DNA of 56,088 nucleotides from Candidatus Omnitrophota bacterium (GTDB lineage Bacteria; Omnitrophota; Omnitrophia; Omnitrophales; Aquincolibacteriaceae): contig JBDRCT010000012.1 in the NCBI GenBank assembly GCA_043821445.1, positions 1 through 56,088 on the forward strand, read 5' to 3'. A program made the translations under genes and the position numbers. Of this stretch, positions 45,123 to 53,781 are shown piece by piece. The notes beneath the pieces were generated by a model. It ran no database searches and was not told the DNA's origin. It saw only the letters and a list, made by a program, of their open reading frames with translations. How positions within the stretch are numbered: position 1 is the stretch's first letter; the number at the start of each line of letters is the position of its first letter.

Positions 45123-46583
45123 TCATTCTTTAAATAAGAAGTTCTTAAAGCACCAGGGATTTTTTTTGTCCAAGTGCGAACTCTGATTTTCCTGGAAGAA
45201 GACCTGATAATTCTTGAAGGGGGTCCAGTCGGATGGTTCCGAGACCATCGTGCCGAGATAAGGTTTCGCGATGGCGAGGATCTCTTTGTGCGGGAGATCG
45301 TCCGGGACCGAGACGCCTTTATTGGGATGTTCGATCATCCACATGGCCGCAGCGACCACGCCGATCGCGACCTGGATCGTGGTGGCGTTCTGATGCGGGA
45401 CAAGTTTGCGCGCTTCATCGATCGTGAGGATGCTCCCGGTCCACCAGGAACTGTATTTATGTCCCATGATCAGGGCTCCCAGGATGTCCGCGCCTTTCGT
45501 GATCTCGTCCGACATAATGCGGCATTTGGGCTGAAGTTCGTAATTGCGGCAGCGGAGCTCGTGGACCGAGGACAGGGTTTCATTGCACGGCATATAAGCG
45601 TAATGGACCGTCGGACGGTAGATGGGTTTTCCATTTCTCCAGACCGTGAGTTTTTCGGAAATGCTGAACGCCTCCCCGTGACGGATCACCATGCCGACGA
45701 TCTCATAGTTCGGGACCCAGGAGCGCACCCAGGTGTTCATACCCATCTGGGAAAGAAAGATCTGATTCTGGGGGCCATAGTCCGGCACCGTGGTCAAAGG
45801 AGGCAATTCTTTTTCATGCGTGCCCCATCCTATTTCCGAGGGGGAGATCGCTTCTTCCCGAAGGCCCTCGATCGACCAGGTGCCGACGAATTCGTCGACT
45901 TCTTTCGGCTGGTCCGTGATCTGGGTGTCGCGCTCGCTCACGTGGATCGCTTTCACGCCAAGCTTCATGGCCAGGCGGTGAAATTTTTCCTCACGGATCA
46001 GGTGTTCCAGGGATTTCCTGTCTTTTTTGGAAGTGGCCTTGTCATGGGTCATTTTCTCGGCGATGTCGAGAAGTCCCTGTTTTGTGAAGTGGCTAATGAG
46101 CCCGGGGTTGGCACCATGGTCCAGCACCGCCGTCGTGGAATCATGCGCCCACTTGGCCGTCATCTTGCGGAGCCCCATCTGTTTGAAATAGAGCGATTTT
46201 TCAAGCGGGGTCCTTTTTTCGATATTGGCGTACGGGTCCCATTCCTCGACAGAGGTGTTTACGTAAAGCACTTTGTTCTCATGGCACCAGGAAAGCATGT
46301 CGAGCGAGTCGACGTTCCAGGACAGGTCGATGATCATGCCGCCGGAGGAAACATATTTGGAAAGCGTCCGCGCGATATTGACGGGAGTGAGTTTTTCCTG
46401 GGAGTAACGAATGCCTTTTTTGATCCAAGGCGCGAGTTCCTTGCGTTTGTCCGCGAAGTCGAGCACGGTGATGTTTTTATAAGGAATGCGGATGTGTTCG
46501 AGAAGGATCGGCAGGGCGCACTTGCCCACGGAGCCAAAACCGATGCAAAGAACTTTCCGTTTGAATTCCAACATGATCGCCAT
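45123..46583 (-). CDS. hss: Homospermidine synthase
   Basis: IGFGSVG, NTSVEEW, HGANPGLISHF, ERDTQ, TWSIEG, RPTVHYAY and NATTIQV; AAGGAG RBS. Confidence 0.9.
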   Translation of the reverse strand: MAIMLEFKRKVLCIGFGSVGKCALPILLEHIRIPYKNITVLDFADKRKELAPWIKKGIRYSQEKLTPVNIARTLSKYVSSGGMIIDLSWNVDSLDMLSWCHENKVLYVNTSVEEWDPYANIEKRTPLEKSLYFKQMGLRKMTAKWAHDSTTAVLDHGANPGLISHFTKQGLLDIAEKMTHDKATSKKDRKSLEHLIREEKFHRLAMKLGVKAIHVSERDTQITDQPKEVDEFVGTWSIEGLREEAISPSEIGWGTHEKELPPLTTVPDYGPQNQIFLSQMGMNTWVRSWVPNYEIVGMVIRHGEAFSISEKLTVWRNGKPIYRPTVHYAYMPCNETLSSVHELRCRNYELQPKCRIMSDEITKGADILGALIMGHKYSSWWTGSILTIDEARKLVPHQNATTIQVAIGVVAAAMWMIEHPNKGVSVPDDLPHKEILAIAKPYLGTMVSEPSDWTPFKNYQVFFQENQSSHLDKKNPWCFKNFLFKE

Positions 46584-46769
46584 AATCTCCTTAATTTAAA
46601 AACAAACGGGCAATAATGACTGCCCAAGCCGCCATTCAAGAAAAGAAAACAAAGACTCGGACCATATCTCCCGTAAGAAAATTTTCTAATGGGTTCGAGA
46701 ACTTTCTGAGATTATAGAGACTCAGGCTTGTCCGGGTCAACTTTTTCCTGAGCAGAGTTCTTGCGACTT

Positions 46770-47465
46770 CTATTTGGGGGAATATTTTTCGCGCAAGCGT
46801 TCAAAAAATGTGATGTGAAGGCGGCTGACAAAGATTCGCTCAAGTGCCAGCGCAAGCACCAGGATCACGGTGGCGATGATCAGAGGCATTTGATGGGCCA
46901 CCGGTTCTTTAGCGAGGAAGAGTTCATCATAAAGATGGATCATCATGAGCATGAGGAAGATGCCGGCGACCGTGATGTATTCGTGGTGCTTGATGATGCG
47001 ACCCCAAAGGAACGAATCTTTTTCAGGCGCTGTGTAAGGCATCAATCGCGGAAAGAAGGAGGGGACATTTTTGCAATAATCCTCGTAAGGCCTACCGAAC
47101 ATCTCCCGCAAATGTTTCTCCTCGCCGCGGATGGTTCCCGTATAGATCCCTAAGAAGCCGGCAAGGAAAAGGACCAGGATGATCCAGTTCCAGACGATCA
47201 CGGCGACGCCTAACCCTAAGAAAAAATTACCGACATAAAGGGGATTGCGCACGAAGGCATAAGGGCCGCTTGCGGCAAGTTTCTCGCCCTTTCTTTCCAC
47301 GAATCCGAGCGCCCAAAAACGGATCAACTCGCCAATGACAATAAGAACAATGCCCCAGCGGAAGGTCCGGTCGTTCATGTTGGAGCACAGAATCAGAACA
47401 GGGATCGAACCCCAGGCCAGCAGCAACCTGATCTTTTTGAACTTGAACCACCCGCGTACGGCCAT
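46770..47465 (-). CDS. Isoprenylcysteine carboxylmethyltransferase/PEMT family membrane protein
   Basis: GPYAFVRNPLYVG and EEKHL...FG..YEDY...VP. Confidence 0.85.
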   Translation of the reverse strand: MAVRGWFKFKKIRLLLAWGSIPVLILCSNMNDRTFRWGIVLIVIGELIRFWALGFVERKGEKLAASGPYAFVRNPLYVGNFFLGLGVAVIVWNWIILVLFLAGFLGIYTGTIRGEEKHLREMFGRPYEDYCKNVPSFFPRLMPYTAPEKDSFLWGRIIKHHEYITVAGIFLMLMMIHLYDELFLAKEPVAHQMPLIIATVILVLALALERIFVSRLHITFFERLREKYSPK

Positions 47466-47521
47466 AATTCCCCTTAATCAAAGATAAATCGATTCCTATG
47501 CTGCCGAGGTCTCGGCCCTCT

Positions 47522-48778
47522 TTAAAGCGACGAAGGATTATACTTTAGCTTGCTCCAAGATGCAGAGATTTCTTTTTTCATCGCAAAGAAAAAAGGCAGC
47601 GAAGCGAGTTCCAGTACCGCGACGCTGATCATGAGCGTGAGGAGCGAACGGTCGTAGAGGAATCCCATCACGACGCCTCCGGCAAGCATCGCAAGACCGT
47701 AGGCCACATTCAGGATGCCGTAGCCGGTGCCGCGTTTCTTGAGCGGCGTGATGTCCGCGATCGCGGATTTCATGATGGTCTCATGTCCTGCCATGACAAT
47801 GCCCCAGAGCATGATGCTTACAATGACGATCCAGGGCGTGACAGTGAAACAAAGGAACGGGATCACGGTGGAGAGGACCGGGATCATGAGAAGCGTTCCG
47901 ATGCCGGCCCACTCGTGTTTTTGTTTCTCTTTCATCCGGTCATAAATTTTTCCGATCACGAGCGCCGCGGCGCCGTCGACGCCCATGGCGACCGCATAGA
48001 AAAAAGGGATCTGGGCGTCGGAAAGCACATGCCTGGCTTTAAAATGATAGGCCATCAAGATAAAGCTTACGAAGCCCGCGGTGGCGAAGAAACTGAACGC
48101 GGTGTAAAGCCAGAAGATCTTCGGAAGTTTTTCAGATTCGTTCTTCGTGACCGCGGTTTCGAGTATTTCAGGGTTGGGTGTTTTCCAGTAGGCGAAAAGA
48201 ACGCAGGCCATGAGGAAAAAGAAGGGCAGCCAAAGCAGGTGATAACCCGCCTGATAATCCCGGAGGCCTTTTTCGGCCTGGGTGGTTCCCATGAACGCGA
48301 CCGTAAAAAGAAGAGGCCCGATAATCGCCCCGATCTGGTCCATGGCTTCATTGAGGCCGAAACCGAACCCCGTACCGACCTGCTTGGTGGCTTGAGAGAG
48401 GATCGTGTCTTTGGCGGGGCTTCGGATGGCTTTTCCGATGCGCTCCATTACGATCAGGAGTGCCGCGATCTTCCAGAAGCCGGTGAGCGCCAGGAGAGGG
48501 ACGCTGATGAGCAGGGCATAACCCAGGATCGTGAAGAACCAATAGGACTTCGTTTTATCCGAAAAATATCCGGACAAAAGACGTATTCCGTAGCCCATGA
48601 ATTCTCCAAGTCCCGCGATAAATCCGACGACAAGGGCATTCGCCCCGAGGACTTTGAGATACGGACCATTGACGCTTCGCGCCCCTTCATAAATGATATC
48701 TCCAAAGAGACTTACGAGGCCAAAGAGCAGGATGAGTCGGAGGGCTTGCCTCTTGGGGTCGGCTATTTTAACGGTCAT
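47522..48778 (-). CDS. MFS transporter
   Basis: About 12 TM; VSLFGDIIYEG, ERIGKAIRSP.KD and RGTGYG. Confidence 0.9.
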   Translation of the reverse strand: MTVKIADPKRQALRLILLFGLVSLFGDIIYEGARSVNGPYLKVLGANALVVGFIAGLGEFMGYGIRLLSGYFSDKTKSYWFFTILGYALLISVPLLALTGFWKIAALLIVMERIGKAIRSPAKDTILSQATKQVGTGFGFGLNEAMDQIGAIIGPLLFTVAFMGTTQAEKGLRDYQAGYHLLWLPFFFLMACVLFAYWKTPNPEILETAVTKNESEKLPKIFWLYTAFSFFATAGFVSFILMAYHFKARHVLSDAQIPFFYAVAMGVDGAAALVIGKIYDRMKEKQKHEWAGIGTLLMIPVLSTVIPFLCFTVTPWIVIVSIMLWGIVMAGHETIMKSAIADITPLKKRGTGYGILNVAYGLAMLAGGVVMGFLYDRSLLTLMISVAVLELASLPFFFAMKKEISASWSKLKYNPSSL

Positions 48779-48865
48779 TTTCTCTTTCCACCCAATTCCA
48801 GACCCGGTCTGGAATTGGGTTAAGGAAAGCTTACTGATTTTAAACGGGAAATCAAATACAATATC

Positions 48866-48938
48866 GCGTCAAGCGTACGGAGTACGGCGCCAGCGCTTTT
48901 TTCTGCGCACGCCGTACTCCGTACACCTTACGTCTTAC
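48866..48938. repeat. Heptamer-periodic inverted repeat, GTACGGC/GCCGTAC family
   Basis: Other copies at about 5370-5436, 22302-22372 and 30931-30962. Confidence 0.75.
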
Positions 48939-48961
48939 TAAACTCAGCAACAAAATTAAAA

Positions 48962-50227
48962 ATGCAAAAAAACCGATTTCTAAAAAACTATTTTTTCTCG
49001 TTCATCCTGCTTTGCTCGATCGCCCTCGGGGCGGGGTTAGGGGTCCTTTTTAAGGAAAAAATCGCGTTCGTAAAACCACTCGGGGATATTTTTCTAAACC
49101 TGCTTTTCACGGCCGTGGTGCCGCTTGTCTTTTTCTCGATCTCGTCGGCGATCGCTGAAATGTCCGACCTCCGCCGCCTTGGAAAGATCATAGGCGGGAT
49201 GCTCTTTATCTTCATCGCGACCGGCATTCTTTCGTCGCTTCTTATGGTCCTCGGTGTGAAGATTTTCCCGCCGGTCATGACAAGTCATCCCGCGTTGAAC
49301 CTGCCCGCGGAGGTTGTGCAAACAAAAACCTTCGGGGATATTCTCAAGGCCTTTACCGTGCCGGATTTTGCGCACCTTCTTTCAAAGCAGAACATATTGG
49401 CCTTGATCGTGTTCGCCATCCTTGTGGGGCTCGCGGCATCGCTCGCCAAGGAAGACGGAAAACCGTTCGTGAGTTTTCTGAGTTCCGCGAATAAAGTGAT
49501 GATGAAAGTGATCCATCTCATCATGTTCCTGGCGCCGGTCGGTCTTGGCGCGTATTTTGCATACCTTGTGGGGACGCTTGGGGCCGATCTTCTGGGTTCT
49601 TATCTTCGCGCGGTGGCGATTTATTATCCGCTCGCGATCCTTTATTTTTTCATCGGGTTTTCGATCTATGCATTTCTTGCGGGCGGCCGGGACGGATTTA
49701 AACGGTTCTGGGGAAATATCTTCACGCCTGCACTTACAGCCTGGGGCACAGGAAGCAGTCTCGCGGCCGTTGCCGCGAACCTTGAAGCCGCGGACAAGAT
49801 CGGCGTTCCCAAAGACATCAGCCGGATCGTGATCCCGATCGGCGCCACGGTCCATATGGACGGCACCTGCATGTCCGCTATTTTAAAGATCGCGCTTCTT
49901 TTCGCCTTTTTCGGGATGCCGTTCGCCGGTGCGGGTACGATCGTGACGGCCATAGGCATCGCGATCCTGAGCGGTATGGTGATGAGCGGTATCCCGGGCG
50001 GAGGATTTTTAGGGGAATTATTGATCGTCACGCTTTACGGTTTTCCCGCGGAGGCCCTGCCGCTTATTTCGATGGTGGGGACTTTGGTGGATCCGCCCGC
50101 CACCATGGTCAATGCTTCCGGCGATACCGTGGTCTCCATGCTTCTTGCCCGGGTTCTCGGCAGCCCCAATTTTTTAACTAAAGAGAATAATAACAGGGAA
50201 AAACGTCTTAATGAAAGCCCGGATTAA
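48962..50227 (+). CDS. Dicarboxylate/amino acid:cation symporter (DAACS)
   Basis: KPLGDIFLNL, TGSS, PIGATVHMDG and TMVNASGD. Confidence 0.9.
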   Translation: MQKNRFLKNYFFSFILLCSIALGAGLGVLFKEKIAFVKPLGDIFLNLLFTAVVPLVFFSISSAIAEMSDLRRLGKIIGGMLFIFIATGILSSLLMVLGVKIFPPVMTSHPALNLPAEVVQTKTFGDILKAFTVPDFAHLLSKQNILALIVFAILVGLAASLAKEDGKPFVSFLSSANKVMMKVIHLIMFLAPVGLGAYFAYLVGTLGADLLGSYLRAVAIYYPLAILYFFIGFSIYAFLAGGRDGFKRFWGNIFTPALTAWGTGSSLAAVAANLEAADKIGVPKDISRIVIPIGATVHMDGTCMSAILKIALLFAFFGMPFAGAGTIVTAIGIAILSGMVMSGIPGGGFLGELLIVTLYGFPAEALPLISMVGTLVDPPATMVNASGDTVVSMLLARVLGSPNFLTKENNNREKRLNESPD

Positions 50228-50346
50228 GCCGAAAAGAAGGTAGCGCTACAAAAGTTTTTTTCTTAGAATACGTACAGCCTTTTGACGCGATGTCCTTGTT
50301 TGAAAAATAAACCGAGTGGGCAGGAGCGATCGGCAAAGGAGACGGT

Positions 50347-50724
50347 ATGGCGGCGAAAAAGATATTGGTCATTGACGATGATGGGGACTACACGAAAATG
50401 CTCGGCTTGCAACTGGAGTCAAAAGGTTACGAAGTTGTAGTCTCCAATGACGGGGAGGAGGGGTTCCAAAAGGTCCTGACCGAAAAGCCGCACCTGATCC
50501 TGCTGGATATCAAAATGCCGGAAATGGACGGGTTCACTTTTGTGCGGCGGTTGAAAACCAACGAAGCGATCAAGAAAATACCCGTCATGATCCTGACCGG
50601 CTATGAAGGGATGAGAGATCTGTTCCGGTTCGAGGGGATCGCGGGTTATTTTGTAAAAGGGGGCGATAGGGACGCCCTTCTTAAGAGTCTGGCAGATATA
50701 CTTTTGGCCGCAGAATCCGCCTGA
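50347..50724 (+). CDS. Single-domain response regulator (receiver)
   Basis: ILVIDDD, ILLDIKMPEMDG and YFVK; AAGGAG RBS. Confidence 0.9.
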   Translation: MAAKKILVIDDDGDYTKMLGLQLESKGYEVVVSNDGEEGFQKVLTEKPHLILLDIKMPEMDGFTFVRRLKTNEAIKKIPVMILTGYEGMRDLFRFEGIAGYFVKGGDRDALLKSLADILLAAESA

Positions 50725-50927
50725 TTTTCCATTAAGAAAAACATCGGGAAATCAGTGCTGTCCAAGTCATCATTCCTGAAGAGGAAACCAAAACTCAGGC
50801 GCCTGATTTTCTAGAGCAAAGCATCAAATCAAAGCTCTTCCACCGGAGAGCGAGTGGCGGCGCCAAGCGTTTTCCGTTCCCCGCTTTACATTTTCCGGCA
50901 TGATCGTATTTCTTATATAATATTGCC

Positions 50928-52073
50928 ATGCGCGGCCTCTACATTCACATCCCTTTTTGTCAAACGCGGTGCCATTATTGCAATTTTGTAACCACGGCGG
51001 AACATTCTTCAGGTTTGCATGAGCAGTTCTTGGATGCGGTCTCAGCGGAAATAAAACACGCCCGCGGCCGTTATGAACACCTTTCGTTTGACACACTTTA
51101 TCTCGGTGGCGGGACACCCTCAAGCCTGAGCGTTCCGAAACTGAGGCGGCTGGTCAAAGAGGTCCGTTCAGCCTTCGAGTTCAAGGAAGGATATGAATTT
51201 ACCTGCGAACTCAATCCGGGCGACGGCGATGAGACAAAGCTAAAAGCGTTTCGCGAGATCGGCGTGAATCGTATCAGCCTCGGCTGCCAGTCGTTCCGGG
51301 ACGCGATCCTCAAAAAGCTCGGTCGGAGGCATACGGCCCGGGATATCACGAAAACAGTTTCGAAAATAAGGCGGGCCGGGATCCCCAATATCAGCTTCGA
51401 TCTCATGCTGCGATTACCGGACCAGACTGTCGAGGATTTCCGAGATTCCGTGCGGCAATGCGTCGAACTTAAGGCCTCGCAAGTTTCGCTTTACGATCTG
51501 GAGGTCCATGAAGGAACTCCGTTCGGGCAATTTCTTAAAGACGGAAAACTGGATCTGCCGGGGGAAGAAGATCATGCCCGGATGTACGAAGATGCGATCG
51601 AGATGCTCACGGGGGCGGACTATGAGCATTACGAGATCTCGAATTTCGCGAAGCCGGGCCTGGCGTCCCGACATAATCTCATCTATTGGCGCAATCAGGA
51701 ATATCTGGGTCTGGGTCCCGGGGCTTTTACTTATTTGAACGGGATCCGCTCGCAGTTCGCATGGGATCTTGCGAGATATCTTGAAAAATGCGGGGCCAAG
51801 GATTGGAAGAACGATAACGAGGACCGGCTCTCGGAAGAGGAGAAAGAAACCGAGACACTGGTCACAGGCCTCCGGCTTTGCGAGGGTATCGCGCCCGCCT
51901 CATTTCCGAAGATTCAGAACGCACTTAAGGAGCGTCTGGAAATACTTTGCGGTGAAGGACTTATGGAGAGAGCCTTGGAGAATATCCGCCTGACGGTCCG
52001 TGGGAAATTCCTTTCCGAAGATGTTTTTGCTTTTTTACTTCTCAAAGGCGCTTCGCCAAAACCGGTCCCTTAA
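50928..52073 (+). CDS. hemW: Radical SAM heme chaperone HemW (HemN-like)
   Basis: LYIHIPFCQTRCHYCNF, GGGTPS, YEISNFA and HNLIYW (HNxxYW). Confidence 0.9.
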   Translation: MRGLYIHIPFCQTRCHYCNFVTTAEHSSGLHEQFLDAVSAEIKHARGRYEHLSFDTLYLGGGTPSSLSVPKLRRLVKEVRSAFEFKEGYEFTCELNPGDGDETKLKAFREIGVNRISLGCQSFRDAILKKLGRRHTARDITKTVSKIRRAGIPNISFDLMLRLPDQTVEDFRDSVRQCVELKASQVSLYDLEVHEGTPFGQFLKDGKLDLPGEEDHARMYEDAIEMLTGADYEHYEISNFAKPGLASRHNLIYWRNQEYLGLGPGAFTYLNGIRSQFAWDLARYLEKCGAKDWKNDNEDRLSEEEKETETLVTGLRLCEGIAPASFPKIQNALKERLEILCGEGLMERALENIRLTVRGKFLSEDVFAFLLLKGASPKPVP

Positions 52074-52096
52074 TAGTCACCGCAGCCCAGGAAGGC

Positions 52097-52846
52097 CTAT
52101 TTTTTGGCTTTTCCCTGGTTTGCCACCGCGTTCATGGCGGCTTTGATCTTCTCGGGGTCACCCAGGTAATAATGCTTAATGGGCTTGAGATCTTTATCCA
52201 GTTCATACACAAGCGGGATGCCGGTCGGGATATTCATCCCGAGGATCTCCTGCTCCGAGATATTGTCCAAATATTTCACGAGCGCGCGGAGACTGTTACC
52301 GTGAGCGGCGATAAGGACTTTCCTCCCGGCCCGGATCATCGGGGAGACGACGTCATGCCAAAAGGGAAGGACACGAGCGACCGTGTCTTTGAGGCATTCC
52401 GTGAGCGGAAGATCGCTTTTTCTGAAACTCTGATAGCGCGGGTCCTTGGCCGGATTCCGGGGATCTGTTTCCTCAAGTGCTGGCGGGGGAATATCATAGC
52501 TCCGGCGCCAGATCTTGACCTGGTCTTCGCCGTACTTGGCCGCGGTCTCGGACTCGTTCAGCCCCTGCAGGGCACCATAATGGCGTTCGTTCAAGCGCCA
52601 GTCCCGGATGACCGGGATCCACATAAGGTCCATTTGATCGAGAACGATCCAGAGCGTCCGGATGGCGCGTTTCAGGACCGAGGTGAATGCGATATCGAAA
52701 ACATAGCCTTCTTTTTTAAGGAGCTCGCCGCCCTCCCTGGCTTCTCCGAGGCCTTTTTCCGAAAGGTCCACGTCAGTCCATCCGGTGAACCGGTTCTCTT
52801 TGTTCCAGATACTTTCTCCATGACGGAGCAAAACGAGTTTATGCAT
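52097..52846 (-). CDS. gpmA: 2,3-bisphosphoglycerate-dependent phosphoglycerate mutase
   Basis: LRHGES, RFTGW, LNERHYG and AAHGNSLR. Confidence 0.96.
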   Translation of the reverse strand: MHKLVLLRHGESIWNKENRFTGWTDVDLSEKGLGEAREGGELLKKEGYVFDIAFTSVLKRAIRTLWIVLDQMDLMWIPVIRDWRLNERHYGALQGLNESETAAKYGEDQVKIWRRSYDIPPPALEETDPRNPAKDPRYQSFRKSDLPLTECLKDTVARVLPFWHDVVSPMIRAGRKVLIAAHGNSLRALVKYLDNISEQEILGMNIPTGIPLVYELDKDLKPIKHYYLGDPEKIKAAMNAVANQGKAKK

Positions 52847-52940
52847 AAAAGGCGTCTCCTGATACCAGGGTTAATAAATGACGAACGACCGATGGAAATA
52901 TATCAGCTGGAAGGCGGAAAGCAAAGGCCAAAAACACCCA

Positions 52941-52968
52941 TTGACCCTAAGACGGTAATCTCTATAAT
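52941..52968 (+). promoter_or_regulatory. Sigma70-like promoter, probably of the tRNA-Asn locus
   Basis: TTGACC-16 nt-TATAAT. Confidence 0.6.
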
Positions 52969-53044
52969 TGGGGCTTCCAGAAGTGGTTTTTTCGCGAATC
53001 AAGAAAAGTGACCGGCGTATCGGTTACATGTTCTTTCAAAAGTC

Positions 53045-53438
53045 ATTCCCCTGTTCCGCCTCGCTTGAGGCGAGGACGGATCCGCCCTCGAATTACAAAA
53101 CAATTCAAGGCGGAAGCTTTCGCCTTACCATAGGTAAGGACGAACCCGACTCCGAAGGAGGCGGGCTGATGGTATGATTTATTACGTCTATATTTTAAAA
53201 AGCATCAAGAATGGGAAAAGATACACAGGCTTTACAAGAAAGCCTCTAGCAGTTCGTTTGGCCGAGCATAACAAAGGTGTTAACCGCTGGACAAGACAGA
53301 ATCGGCCATTCGATCTTGTTTATTTTGAAAAATTCCGATCGAGAAAAGATGGCTTAAATAGAGAGAAGTATTTTAAAACAGCTGCCGGAAGACGGTGGCT
53401 GGATGAAAAGTTTGCTCTTTAACATGGTATTCCCCTGT
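53045..53438 (+). mobile_element. Hairpin-array plus GIY-YIG cassette bounded by 10-bp direct repeats of the tRNA 5' end
   Basis: ATTCCCCTGT at 53045-53054 and 53429-53438; four tandem hairpins 53055-53165; GIY-YIG ORF. Confidence 0.55.
53174..53422 (+). CDS. Small GIY-YIG nuclease
   Basis: YYVYILKS...RYTGFT...RLAEHNKG..WTRQNRPF...REKYFKT..GR. Confidence 0.9.
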   Translation: MIYYVYILKSIKNGKRYTGFTRKPLAVRLAEHNKGVNRWTRQNRPFDLVYFEKFRSRKDGLNREKYFKTAAGRRWLDEKFAL

Positions 53439-53781
53439 AGCTCAGCTGGTAGAGCATGCGGCTGTGCACGATAGTAGCAGCCCCTGAGGGAAACCTCAGG
53501 GTGGATAAGCAGGCTAAGTCAGGGAAACCCTTGATTCATGCGCGGGTCAGCTTGGACAAAAGCGTCAAAATTTTGCCGAAGCAGTCCTTACGCAGTGGGC
53601 GCAAGGGCAATCCTGAGCTAGCACCTGCGCCGTAAGGCGTGGGGGGCAAGTGCAGAGACTTTACACCTGCTGCCTAAGTCCTTGAATGTTGGATATGGCA
53701 AAGAGAAAGTCCGACTCTTCAGGCAACTGAAGTCAGACCGTAACCGCAGTGTCCCTGGTTCGATCCCAGGCGGGGGAGCCA
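53431..53781 (+). tRNA. tRNA-Asn(GTT), split by a group I intron (exons 53431-53465 and 53741-53781)
   Basis: Joined exons fold into a canonical 76-nt cloverleaf: acceptor TCCCCTG/CGGGGGA, anticodon stem TGCGG/CCGCA, loop CT-GT|T-AA, GGTTCGATCCC, discriminator G and encoded CCA. Confidence 0.93.
53466..53740 (+). ncRNA. Group I self-splicing intron (IC3-like), 275 nt, no ORF
   Basis: Exon GGCTGT pairs with IGS GCAGCC (U-G at the splice site); P2 CCTGAGG-GAAA-CCTCAGG; P3 GCAGG/CCTGC; AATCCTGAGC; GTGCAGAGACT and AAGAGAAAGTCC (P7); P9 CTTCAG-GCAA-CTGAAG; terminal G. Confidence 0.92.

Noticed and set aside
53431-53480. tRNA-His(GTG) or a tRNA pseudogene read straight into 53466
   Set aside because: The anticodon stem and 3' half only form after removing 53466-53740, which gives GTT and discriminator G.
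53466-53740. Intron-encoded homing endonuclease
   Set aside because: The intron is 275 nt, mostly ribozyme core, with no suitable ORF.
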